Shown here piece by piece: positions 20,709 through 31,099 of a stretch of 64,000 nucleotides of DNA. The position numbers and the translations under genes were made by a program. The DNA comes from an uncultured Chloroflexia bacterium (GTDB taxonomy: Bacteria > Chloroflexota > Dehalococcoidia > DSTF01 > JALHUB01). Location: NCBI GenBank assembly GCA_963726245.1, contig CAVSBT010000030.1, positions 168,295 through 232,294 of the forward strand. Direction: 5' to 3'. Each line of letters opens with the position of its first letter. Within the stretch, counting starts at the first letter, position 1. The notes under the pieces are model-generated. The model did not search any database and was not told where the DNA came from. It saw only the letters and a list, made by a program, of their open reading frames with translations.

Positions 20709-21757
20709 ATGCGCCGCATCCTCCTGGCACTGCTGGCGCTCATAGCGCTCATCGCGATGGCCTGTGGGGACGACGGAAGCCCTGCACCCACCGTCACGCC
20801 AACCAGGCTGGCGGTCGTCTGCCCTCAAAGACAGCGGTGCCCAGCGTCACGCCCACCCAGGCGCCACCACTACCCCCGGCCATGGCCAACGCCCCCACTT
20901 TCCAGGAGATCCCGACCTACGACGGGTCGGGGCAGGCGACGCACCCCGATATCGCCTACTTTCCCGACGGCTGGCATGGGTACAAGTATTGGATGGCTAT
21001 GACGCCGTACACGTACGATAGCGCCGGCCGCGAGAATCCCAGCATCGTCGTCTCGAACGACGGCTCCTCATGGCTGGTGCCGCCCGGCCTGACGAACCCG
21101 CTCGTGCCGGCGCCAGCGTGCGACCACAACAGCGACCCCGACCTCGTCTACAACCCTGACACCGACGAGCTGTATCTCTACTACACCGAATCGCAGCGCG
21201 CCCAGTTCTGCGGCTCCGTCAACGAGAACCTCCTGCGCCTGATGAGGTCGCCGGACGGCGTCCGCTGGAGCGCCCCGCAGACGGTGATAAGCTGGGACCT
21301 GGGCAAGGACCCCTTCTATGTGTCGCCGGCGGTGGTCTACCGGCGCGGCTCCTTCGAGATGTGGCTGGCCGGCGACACCGGCGTCATCCGCGCGACCAGC
21401 GAAGACGGCGTCACCTGGTCCGCCCTTCAGCCGGTGAGCATCGACGGCGCGCCGTGGCACCTCGACGTGGCCTACGTCGAAGGGGAGTCGCAGTACTGGA
21501 TGCTCTTCGTCGATTCGCCCCTCGCCGGCTCCAGGCTGAGGCTGGCCACGAGCGAGGACGGGGTCACCTGGAACGTCGTGCCGGCTCCGCTCCTGGCGCC
21601 CGGCGCTGGCTGGGACGACGAGCGGATATACAGGGCGACCTTCCTATACGACAGCGGGAGGCTGCGGGTCTGGTATGCGGCGAGGAGCGGCGCCGGACAG
21701 TGGCACGTGGGCTACTCAGAGGCGGTACGCGAAGCTCTCGGCTTGACCGGAGGCTGA
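20709..21757 (+). CDS. Lipoprotein with P/T linker and beta-propeller glycosidase-like domain (frameshift near 20830)
   Basis: Lipobox (AMAC), Asp-box-like SxDGxxW repeats, HPD...ENPS...SDPD. Confidence 0.75.
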
Positions 21758-21767
21758 CGAGGAACAG

Positions 21768-21844
21768 TGGAGCGGGGGACGGGGTTCGAACCCGCGACAA
21801 CCTGCTTGGAAGGCAGGAGCTCTACCAGACTGAGCTACCCCCGC
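21768..21844 (-). tRNA. tRNA-Gly (TCC), CCA encoded
   Basis: GCGGGGGTAGCTCAGTCTGGTAGAGCTCCTGCCTTCCAAGCAGGTTGTCGCGGGTTCGAACCCCGTCCCCCGCTCCA folds to a cloverleaf; extended -10 TGCTAGAAT just upstream. Confidence 0.97.
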
Positions 21845-21859
21845 TCGTCGCGCTACATT

Positions 21860-22322
21860 CTAGCACAGCCGCCCGTACCGCCGCCGCGCTCGGACGCGAT
21901 GGCGCTGCCGGAATCCCTGTGCCGTCGCCGTCGCCGGCGGCGGGAGAGCGCACGCCGGAATCGCTTGCGGTTCCGGCGTCGCTGTAGGTGAAGGTGAGAA
22001 CGTAGGCTGAGCAGGAGGGGTAGGCTCCGGAGCAACCGTCGATGTAGCGCCACTGGTGGGAAACAGCGGGGTATTGCCTGCGGCCGGGTTTCCTTCAAAC
22101 GCCATCGTGATTACAACACTTGTACCCCACCACCAGAAGGACGGCAACTCCCGTCCAAGCCCATTTGAACCGCTTCCGCCACGGTGCCCACAACCACATG
22201 AGCACCAGCCCAATGGGGAAGTAGACCAACAGTGCGGCAATGATTATCGCCTCATGCTGCCACCAGGGTCTCTTCCTTCGTGAACCAGTCAAAGAGCTCA
22301 TCAGCGCGTTGCACCCACCCAC
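21860..22322 (-). pseudogene. Fragmented membrane protein with Pro/Thr-rich linker
   Basis: RPWWQ...YFPIGLVLMWLWAPW hydrophobic hairpin in one frame and a PTATPEP linker in another; no C-terminal domain before the tRNA promoter. Confidence 0.45.
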
Positions 22323-22528
22323 AAGGCCAGCGGTTTCGGCTGAGACGGTACGCTACCAGGCGCGGGCGCGTCAACCACATCAGCGCGTCAGTGGAAGATG
22401 GGCCGGTGTCGATCGATGAGAGTTGTGGTTTCCTCCGTAGAGTCGCGCATGGCGCGCTGCGGCCGGGGCACGCTATCTGGTAGCATAACGAGGCGTTCAG
22501 GAGGTTCCGCCCTCTGGAGACCGCACGC

Positions 22529-23089
22529 ATGAACGTGCTCCATCGCTGGTACTGCAATTCCGACCGCTGGAGGCGGACGTTGCAGGGCACATACCTGCCG
22601 GCCGTCCTCCACGACCTCGATCTCGGGGATGACGTGCTGGAGATCGGGCCGGGGCCGGGCGCCGCCACCGACTGGCTGCGAACGCGCGTCGCGCGGCTGA
22701 CATGCGTCGAGATCGACCACAAGCTGGCCGACGCGCTGAAGCGGCGGATGGCCGGCACGAACGTCACGGTGATCGAAGGCGACGCGACGTCGCTCTCGTT
22801 GCCCGACGCGTCGTTCAGCGCCGCGCTGTCGTTCGTGATGCTGCATCACGTGCCGTCGCGCCTGCACGACGCGCTGCTGCGCGAGGCCGCGCGCGTATTG
22901 CGCTCGGGCGGCGTCTTCGCCGGCATGGACAGCACGCCGAACTTCGTCTGGAACCTCTACCACCTCTTCGATGACCGCAACCCCGTCGACCCCTCGACGT
23001 TCCCAACCCGCCTCCAATCCGCTGGCTTCACCGACGTGGACGTGCGCTCCGCCGGCGGCGGCTTCTGGTGGCGTGCGCGCAAGGGGTGA
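22529..23089 (+). CDS. Class I SAM-dependent methyltransferase
   Basis: VLEIGPGPG, EGDATSL and MLHHVP motifs. Confidence 0.9.
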   Translation: MNVLHRWYCNSDRWRRTLQGTYLPAVLHDLDLGDDVLEIGPGPGAATDWLRTRVARLTCVEIDHKLADALKRRMAGTNVTVIEGDATSLSLPDASFSAALSFVMLHHVPSRLHDALLREAARVLRSGGVFAGMDSTPNFVWNLYHLFDDRNPVDPSTFPTRLQSAGFTDVDVRSAGGGFWWRARKG

Positions 23090-23231
23090 GCCCCCGAACA
23101 GGCTATCCCCGCTCGTTGAGAGTGTGACCAACCCCGCACGGCGCCCAAGTACCGACCCGACGCGCTGGGCCAGAGGACTTCTCTGCAGACGATCCGTGGC
23201 CGATGATCCTTAGGGGAGGCCGAAGCAAACC

Positions 23232-25545
23232 TTGGCACAGCACCAGGCGGCCACCTTGTCCACATCCAAGTACCCGAAACGGCGTCTGCAGCGAGCTCTG
23301 GTGGTCGGCGGCGGGCTGTTCTTCGCTATCTACGCTGCGGGCACCTTGCTGCGCCCGAGCGAAAACTACCTCCGCTTCCAGACGGACATCCTGTATGAGT
23401 TGCCAGCGCTTGTCAGCGCTCGGCGTATCCGCCGTCGCGATCGCCGGCAGCCGCGGCCGCGAGCGGTTGGGGTGGATCTGCATGGCCTTCGTGCTGTTCG
23501 CCTGGCTGCTCGGTGACAGCACCTATTCCTACTATGACCTCGCGCTCGACCGGGAGACGCCGTTTCCAGGATGGGCCGACGTCTGGTACTACGCCGGATA
23601 CCTAGCGTTCATAGCGGCGATTCCACTCCTCACGTTTCCAAAGGAGAAGCTGCGGGACTACCGATGGCTGGTGGACGCGGGCATCATCATGGTCGTCGGC
23701 GGCGCCCTCGCCTGGCAGTACGTGCTCGATCCCATGGTGGCGTCCGAAGGCAGCTACCGCGAGTTCGGCACACTCGTGTCCCTCGGGTATCCGCTCCTAG
23801 ACATGGTTCTGCTGGCCGCGCTGGTGACGGCGCTCTACGTCACCAACTGGCAGTGGTCGACGCGGGGTATCCTGCTCATCGCTGCGACGGCAGCGATGGC
23901 GGTGTCCGACATAGCCTACACGTACCTGACTGCGGTAAACGGGTACAACCAGATCGGGAGCCCGCTGGACCTGGGATGGATCGCCTCTTACGTCCTGCTC
24001 GCGATCTGCTTCGCGACGCCCGGCCGGCCCATGCGGCGCGTCTCGAAACGTAGGCCGTCGATCGTCGGCCTCGTCCTACCGTACGCGGCTGCCACACCAC
24101 TGCTGGCGCTGGTCATCGCGGAGACGGTGCGGGGCGAACCGTCGCTGATGCTGACGCTCAGCGGAACGGCTTGTGTGGCCCTGGTACTGGTCCGGCAATT
24201 CTTGACCTTGAGCGACAACCTCTCGTTCGAAAAGAAACTGCGGTACGCGGCCACACACGACCAGCTCACGGGCATAGGTAACCGGCACCGCTTCGAAGAG
24301 GACATGGAGTCGCACCTTGCCCTCGCCAGGGAGACCGGGACCGGCGGAGCGCTCTTGTTTCTCGACCTGGACGATTTCAAGGCTCTGAACGACGAACTCG
24401 GACACAGAGCCGGCGACGTGTTTCTGGCGGACTTCACTGCCATGCTGCGTAGTCAATTCGGGACCACGGGCCGCTGGGCACGCTGGGGCGGCGATGAGTT
24501 CGCCCTACTCGTGCCGGAAGTCGACGCCCGCGGAGCGCGGAAGCTCGCTGATCGCATTTTGCGGGCGACCGAGCGGCACGTGGCAATCGTGGACGGTAAG
24601 CCGGTGCGAACGTCGGCCAGCATCGGCATCGCGCTCACCTCCAGGGACAGCGAAACGGCTGATGAAGTCTTGACCCGCGCGGGACTGGCTCTCAAGGAAG
24701 CAAAGGAACGAGGAAGGAATCGCGCTGTGCGATTCGGGGGACGGCAGCCGTCACGTTCCGGGTCATGGCTCGACTGGAATTACCGCGTCAGCCAGGCGCT
24801 GGCACGGAACGAGTTTGTCCTCTACTGCCAGCCGGTGTTCGACCTGCGGAGCCGGGCCGTACACCAGTACGAGGTCTTACTTCGCATGACCGGCGACCGC
24901 GGCGAACTCATCCCACCGCAGATGTTCCTCCCGGCCGCTGAGCGGTCTGGAGCCATCCTTGAGATCGACCGCTGGGTCCTGAGCCATGCCACCGCCGTCG
25001 TCTTGGAGCGGCAGCGCCGCGGCCTCGACACGCAGCTTGCCGTTAACATCTCCGGCAAGTCGCTGGCGGACAATAGCTTTCTGCAGTTCGCCCTGCGGAC
25101 CCTGGCGTCATCGGGCGGGGACGCCACCTGGCTAACCCTGGAGATCACCGAGACTGCCGTCATCCCCCGCATCCGGCAGGCCCAGAGGTTCGTGAAGGAG
25201 CTCAAGACGCTGGGCTGCCGCTTCGCCCTCGACGACTTCGGGGCGGGCTTCACCTCCTTTGAGACTGTCAGGCAGTTTCCCGCCGATTACCTGAAGATCG
25301 ATGGACGATTTGTCCGCGACCTTGCCCGTCGCGAAGTCGACCAGTACCTGATCCGGGCGATCGTGGAGATAGCGACGGGGCTGGGACAGCGGACGGTCGC
25401 GGAATACGTCTCGGATGCTACGTCAGTGGAACTGCTCCAAGACTGCGGCGTCGACTTCGGCCAGGGCTTCTATCTGGGACGCCCAATCCCCCTCGAAGAG
25501 GCGCTTGGGGCGCTCGACGTGACAGACCTGCGGTCGGCGGCATAG
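23232..25545 (+). CDS. Membrane-anchored diguanylate cyclase/phosphodiesterase (GGDEF-EAL; frameshift near 23420)
   Basis: Multiple TM helices, DLDDFK, intact GGDEF, YEVLLRM, EITET and DDFGAG. Confidence 0.9.
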
Positions 25546-25680
25546 CCGCGGCCGCGGGGCGCCTCCCACGACCGACAGGCCGGAAAGGGCTCGGCGCGGG
25601 GGGTGGTATGGGATGAGTGTGAGGGAGCCAGGGCTGTCAAAGACCCTGGCTCCCGGCAGGACATAAGGCGTATGGGACAG

Positions 25681-25971
25681 CTAGGGGCACTCGGGAAGGG
25701 CTAGGAGGTTGTTGGGCTGCTCCCCGTCGGCCTCGGTCTTGAGATACTCGTTGCCCTGGGCTGACCTCGCAACGATGACATTGACGATGTGGCCCGGTGG
25801 GCGTTCGACGTAGAACGACCATTTGCCCGACTTGATGCCGGCGATCGCGTCGGGCTGGCTGAGACGCCAGGCGGTGCCATCAGCGTTGAGGCCACCGACT
25901 TGGCTGATCCGCTCGTACGGGTTCTGCCTGTCAGTCTTCTTGATGCATGTGATCCTGAGTCGCTGTGCCAC
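25681..25971 (-). CDS. DUF3892 domain protein
   Basis: ITCIKK...ERISQVGG...[20 protein letters not shown] family signature; GGAGG RBS. Confidence 0.85.
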   Translation of the reverse strand: MAQRLRITCIKKTDRQNPYERISQVGGLNADGTAWRLSQPDAIAGIKSGKWSFYVERPPGHIVNVIVARSAQGNEYLKTEADGEQPNNLLALPECP

Positions 25972-26140
25972 TTAAGAAAACCTCCGGTGGCTAACCATCT
26001 CGGAGCCGCCGGCCGGGCTGCCCTAAGGTCCGGCTGTGGTAGGATTAGTTGGGCGTGCTCCTCCAACGGTGCTATACGGTACTTGGGCGAGGGCGGCAAC
26101 CTGCGAGAGTCCGCTTCGCCAGGCGAGGGCGCGTGCCGGC

Positions 26141-26169
26141 GGGGAGCTGAGGCAGCAACTCAGCCCCCC
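26141..26169 (-). terminator. Hairpin after DGQHR gene
   Basis: GGGGAGCTGAG-gcagcaa-CTCAGCCCCC. Confidence 0.5.
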
Positions 26170-26253
26170 GTCATTCTGTTCGCACTTCGTTCACCAGTTC
26201 CTCCTTCCTCGCTCCACAACGGTCTCGGCACACGGGGCATCGTTGGGGCGGAT

Positions 26254-27478
26254 TCAGGCCGTGGCCAGCCATTTGGGCGCTTCTCTCGCCCAGCGGATGG
26301 TGGTGCGCGCCAGGGCTTGCAGGTCCTGCCGACGAGCTTTCGGGGCCATAGCACCATCTGAGAACACCCCGGCCTCCATCCATCGGCTTCCTTTCTTGAT
26401 AGGTGCGCCCATGATTCGGGGCAAGCTTAGAGAAGAACTCTTGGATTTCATCGTCGGACCAGTCGTCCTTGCTCAACTCGTGGTATACGCCGGCAAGTAC
26501 CCGAAGCATTGTGGCAGAACCCAGCAAGCTGGTTTTGCGGAGGACCTCCGGAGTGGACGACCCATCGACGACACTCTCCAAGGCCGGGAAGCCTCCCATG
26601 AGTGTGTCGAGGAAGTTATTGGTGTTCTCCACCAACTCGGCTTCCCTCAGTTCGTTCTCCTGGCGCCGCCCGACGCGTCCCGCAAGGCCAACGGTGACGG
26701 TCCGGATGATGTCGGCCACGTGCTTGGCTCCCAACAAGCACGGGCTTGACCCGCCGACCCTGTCCTGTTCCATATCCACTCTATCCTTCAACAAGGCGTG
26801 CTGCAGCGAATCCTCCAGCGCCCGGTTGACAACCTTTCGGCTGTCGAAACGAACACGGATGGCGGATTGAATGCCAAGGGCGTTATCTGCGATGTCCACG
26901 AACATTTGCTGGAACTCATTCAGGTCCTCTTCAATGTGGATTTGAACCGAGATGCGTTCACTGTGTAACCGTGACCGCTGCTCTTCGAGCTCTTTCAGTC
27001 TGTCCTGGAAATGCTGCTCCAAGTCTGGATTCCCCTGCCGCCGCGCCGCCGCGAGATGGGTTCTGATATTCTCTAGCTCAGCAGCCAGCTCGTCGACAGC
27101 ATAGTAGAGGCCGAGAATGCGGTGCTGGCCGTCCAGGATTTTCAAATCCGTGCGGGCCAGTCGCGGGAGGCCCAGGATGCCGAACTGGGTTCCTTCCACC
27201 TCCCGGTCTACCTTGAAGCTGAAGATGTCTGGCGCCCGAAGAAGCAGCGCCGGGGCAATCCAGGTCTTGTTGTCGCGGACGTACTTGCCAAATGAACGAG
27301 CATGGCTGTCCTTGACCCGGCGATTGCCGGGTGTTGGGCGGTTGGGATCTGGCCTTGGCAGACTGGCGGCTACCTGAGCTAGAGACAGGTCGATGGAGTA
27401 CACGGTTCGGGCACCCTGCTGGTAGCGGCTAGCATAGTATCGATCCTCGGTGTCATAGCCTGTCATCTGTACGTTCAT
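26254..27478 (-). CDS. DGQHR domain (DndB-like, ParB-fold) protein; probable frameshift near 26410
   Basis: NRR, ILDGQHR and QQMFVDI motifs; AGGAGG RBS. Confidence 0.85.
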
Positions 27479-27513
27479 GTTTCCTCCTGAAGTTGTTCAC
27501 GTCGGCCTTTAGC

Positions 27514-27569
27514 AGTATGCGCCGCAGTTAACCTCTTGTCAAGCCACTTTGGAGCTTAACTGCCCGCAT
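27514..27569 (-). promoter_or_regulatory. Sigma70 promoter with overlapping inverted repeat (putative operator)
   Basis: TTGACA(27542-27537)-N17-CATACT(27519-27514); arms ATGCGccGCAGTTAA and TTAACTGCcCGCAT flank the -35. Confidence 0.7.
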
Positions 27570-27663
27570 TATCGTCTATTGGTGGCGTGTGTGAATACTC
27601 GATAACTGTGGGGATTCCGGTTGGGGGCGTGGCTTCTGGCGGTCAACGCTGGGGCCGGGATGT

Positions 27664-27703
27664 TTGGAAGCCAGGAGCTCTACCCGACTGAGCTAACCCG
27701 CTC
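27664..27703 (-). repeat. Decayed 5' half of tRNA-Gly (att-like site)
   Basis: ttggaagccaggagctctacccgactgagctaacccgctc versus tRNA ttggaaggcaggagctctaccagactgagctacccccgctc: 3 substitutions and a 1-nt indel. Confidence 0.85.
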
Positions 27704-27778
27704 ACCCGACAAGTATGCACAGCCCCCGGCGGTTCTCGACCATCCGGGGGCCGTAGGGTCCTTTCTAGGAGGGCTGCG

Positions 27779-29068
27779 CTACACGAAGTAGGTGGTGGCC
27801 GCCTCGTCTACCGTCTCCGGTGAGAGGACACGAGGCAAGCCGCGGTAGCGCGCCGCGTCGGCGATGGCCTCCACGATGTCCCGCGGCTGGCAGCCGCGCA
27901 TCTCCCGACCCTTCTCCGCATAGTAGCGGCCCAGCAGGTGCCGGGCGCCCTCTTCCACGTAGGCCACCTCGTAGCGCTGGCACTCCCGGCGCAGGATCTC
28001 CAGGAACTCATCCCTAGTCGGGTTGGGGACCTCCACCTTGTAGCGGATGCGGCGCAGCGAGGCGTCATCGGCCAGGCTTGCGGGCGCCAAGTTCGTCAGG
28101 AAGATGGGAACAACGTCGAACGGCACACGAAGCCGAGCGCCCGTGTGCAGGGTCAAGGTATCGGCACCCTGCTCCAGGGGGACGATCCAGCGGCTCAGCA
28201 GGTAGGAAGCCTGCAGATTCTGGCGACCAAAATCGTCGATGACGAGAAGGCCGCCGTTCGCCTTCATCTGGATGGGGGCCTCGTAGGTCTTCTGGATGGG
28301 GTCCAGACTTAGCTCCAGGTGGCTGGCCGTCAGCTCGCCGTCAACGAAGATGGCCGGGCGGCGGATCACCAGCCAGCGCCGGTCGACGGTCGACGCCGAG
28401 CGCCTCGTGGCGGCCTCCACTACGTCATGGCAGGACGGGTCGTAGAGACGTATGATCTGGCGCTGAACCTCCAGCGCGTACGGGATGATGATGTCGCCCT
28501 CGATGGCCTTACGCAGCCCTTCGGCCGCCGCTGTCTTGCCGTTGCCCGACGGCCCGAAGAAGAGGGTGGGCTTCCCGGAGCTCACAGCTCGGCCCAGCCG
28601 GTCCAGAGTGTCAGCGCTGAACACCAGGTGGGACAGGCTCGATTCGATCTCCTCCGGTGTCAAGACCTGGCTGGACACGGACTGGTGCTCCACCTGCTGG
28701 ATGTAGTCGGCCAGAGGAACAGGCGCCGGGCCGGCATAGCCGCCGAGCTCCAGCACCTGACTGACTCGCGAAACACCCTCGCCGGTGAGTGCGTAGAGGA
28801 AGGTGGCGGGCGAGGTCCCGGAACCGCCGGTGACTTCGCAGAGGCGTTCGCGACGAAGAAACGCCAGGATCTCCTGCACAACCCCGAGGGGCAGCGCCAT
28901 CTTCTCCACCACCTGTCCCCCCGAAGGGTTGCCAGCAAAGTAGATGGTCTTCAGCGCCAGGTCCACCAGCAGCCCGGCGTCGAGGCCGGTCTCCTCAACC
29001 GAGAGCGGCGCTGGCGGGAGCTCAAGCTCGCCCCTCTCCACCTCAGAGACTCCGACCATTCTTACCAT
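27779..29068 (-). CDS. AAA+ family ATPase of unknown function
   Basis: GPSGNGKT Walker A, APIQMKANGGLLVIDDFGRQ and LRRIRYK. Confidence 0.88.
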   Translation of the reverse strand: MVRMVGVSEVERGELELPPAPLSVEETGLDAGLLVDLALKTIYFAGNPSGGQVVEKMALPLGVVQEILAFLRRERLCEVTGGSGTSPATFLYALTGEGVSRVSQVLELGGYAGPAPVPLADYIQQVEHQSVSSQVLTPEEIESSLSHLVFSADTLDRLGRAVSSGKPTLFFGPSGNGKTAAAEGLRKAIEGDIIIPYALEVQRQIIRLYDPSCHDVVEAATRRSASTVDRRWLVIRRPAIFVDGELTASHLELSLDPIQKTYEAPIQMKANGGLLVIDDFGRQNLQASYLLSRWIVPLEQGADTLTLHTGARLRVPFDVVPIFLTNLAPASLADDASLRRIRYKVEVPNPTRDEFLEILRRECQRYEVAYVEEGARHLLGRYYAEKGREMRGCQPRDIVEAIADAARYRGLPRVLSPETVDEAATTYFV

Positions 29069-29233
29069 CTTCTCCTCCTCTCGCCTCTCTCCGCAGACCG
29101 TACGCCGCGAGAGACGGCTCTGCCGGCCGGCGCACTTCCGGCTCCGGCCAGGCGTCCACTTATGTGAAGGGCCTTCCAATCAAGAACGGTCGCAGGGGGT
29201 CTTCTATTACGGTCGTAGCGGCTCGCAGCGGAA

Positions 29234-30530
29234 TCAGACTCTGGGCGACACCCCCGTCGCCTTCGGTCGGGGGCCGATCGCTACCAGAAGCAGCATGAGG
29301 ACCGCAGCGGCGAAGGCCATGCCAGCTCCGACCGCGAAGGGCGCCGCCGGCGCCACCGTCTGCCAGAGCACACCGGCCATCACGCTGGCCAGCACCGCCG
29401 CCAGCCCAATAGAGGTGTGGTAGAGACCCAGGAAGGTCCCGCGCTGCCCAGGAGGGGCCGCCTCGGCCACCAGCGCTCTCCCGGTGCCTTCGGTCAGCCC
29501 CATGTAGCAGCCGTATACGACGAACAGAGGCCAGACCCACGCTGTCGAGGGAAGCCAGGCAAAGCCCAGGTACACCAGGCCGAAGATGACCAGCCCGAGC
29601 GTGTAGAGAAGCCGCCGGTCCACTCGGTCGGAGATGACACCCGCCGGCATTGAGAGCAGAGTGTAGGACAGGTTGTATGCCACATAAGCCACGATTACCA
29701 GATCGACGCTCAGGCCGACGTCTTTGGCCCTGAGGATCAGGAATGTGTCGCTGGAGTTGCCGATGGCGAAGACGAGGACGATGGCCAGGAAAGCCCAGTA
29801 CACACCGGGGGCGCGCGCCGGCGGCTCGCCCGCTTCGGCGTGGACGGCTGCTCTGGCAGGCGCCTCGCGCACCAGCAGCACAAGAGGGAGCAAGGTGAGT
29901 GCGCCGGGCACGATCGCCAGCAGCAGGACGGTGCGGATGCCCAGGCCCAGGCCTCCCACCAGCAGCAGGGCGATCAACGGGCCAACCACAGCGCCGGCCG
30001 TGTCCAGCGCACGGTGGAAGCCGAACGCCCGCCCCAGCAGCGACGGCGGCGTGCCGTCGGCGATGAGGGCGTCCCGCGGCGACGTGCGCACCCCCTTCCC
30101 AAACCGGTCGACGAATCGGGCCAGCAAGACCTGGGGCCAGACGAAGGCCAGAGCGAGCAGCGCCTTGCCCAGCGCCGAGAGCGCGTAGCCGGCTGTCGTC
30201 AGCCCCTTGCGCCGCCCGACGCGGTCGGAAAGCCAGCCCGAGGCCACCTTCAGCAGGCTGGCGGTGCCCTCGGCCACTCCCTCGATGGCACCCAGGGCGG
30301 CCACCGGCGCACCCAGCGTCGACGTCAGGAACACCGGGAATCAGGGGGTACGCCATCTCGCTGGCGATGTCGGCCACGAAGCTGACGATGCCCAGCAAGA
30401 AGACGTTGCGCGTGACGCCGGGCACAGGCGAGGGCGCCTCGAGGGCTGCGAGGTCCGCCCCAAGACGGGTTGCCTCGTCAGCCGCAGTGTGCGCCTCGCC
30501 GCCGCCGGAGCCGGGAGAAGAACCAGTCAT
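29234..30530 (-). CDS. MFS transporter (frameshift near 30345)
   Basis: DIASEM, GWLSDRVGRRK and DRFGKGVRTSPRDALI; ATGA overlap with the upstream gene. Confidence 0.9.
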
Positions 30531-31099
30531 GGTCGGTCCGCCTGGGCGGGTCCCGCCGCGCGCTCCCGCCGACGGCGCTCCACGCAATCCCGCACCAGCG
30601 CCGCCAGCCGCTCCCTGGTGCGCTCCCGCTCTCCCGGAGTGAGGCCCACGACCAGCACCTCGGGCCGGGCCTTGAGGGCGTCGGCCCAGGGGTGTGGCGC
30701 CAGCAGGATGCTGCCCAGCAGGCAGCAACCGGCGTCCAGCGCCGCCTCCACGGCCCGGCAGAAGCGAGGCGACGCCATCTCCATCTTGCCGATCTCGTCC
30801 ACCACCACCACGTCGGCCGAGGTCGCCGCCTCTTCCAGAGCGGGCACGCCCACTCGCTCCAGGGCGGCCACGTCCACGCCGTACTTGCCCACCCGCGGCG
30901 GGCCCGGCAGGTCCACCGAGGCCAGCACGGCCTCCTGCCCGTCCAGTGTGAGCAGCCGGAAGCCACGACGCTGGCCGCCGTAGCGGATCTCCTCCGTGTA
31001 GAAGCCGCCGGCCCGCAGGGGAAGCTCCTCTACCACCCTGCGCAAGAGGGTGGTCTTGCCGCAGCCCGGCGGCCCCGTGACCAGGAAGGCGCACTTCAA
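30527..31099 (-). CDS. Nucleoside-triphosphatase (THEP1/NTPase_1 family)
   Basis: TGPPGCGKTT, GGFYTEE, VGKYGV and VVDEIGKME. Confidence 0.92.
   Translation of the reverse strand: MKCAFLVTGPPGCGKTTLLRRVVEELPLRAGGFYTEEIRYGGQRRGFRLLTLDGQEAVLASVDLPGPPRVGKYGVDVAALERVGVPALEEAATSADVVVVDEIGKMEMASPRFCRAVEAALDAGCCLLGSILLAPHPWADALKARPEVLVVGLTPGERERTRERLAALVRDCVERRRRERAAGPAQADRP

Larger units (their letters stand above)
21845..27703. mobile_element. Degenerate genomic island at tRNA-Gly (no integrase inside)
   Basis: Bounded by the intact tRNA and a decayed copy of its 5' half at 27664-27703; accessory cargo, partly lower in GC. Confidence 0.7.

Noticed and set aside
26254-27478. Complete DNA phosphorothioation (dnd) system
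   Set aside because: No dndA/C/D/E or ssp genes are present; only a DGQHR protein.
29160-31094. 644-aa minus-strand ORF and similar long alternative ORFs (7941-9545, 15739-17073, 56193-58199)
   Set aside because: Shadow frames of real genes in high-GC DNA, partly joined by indels; low complexity and no motifs.
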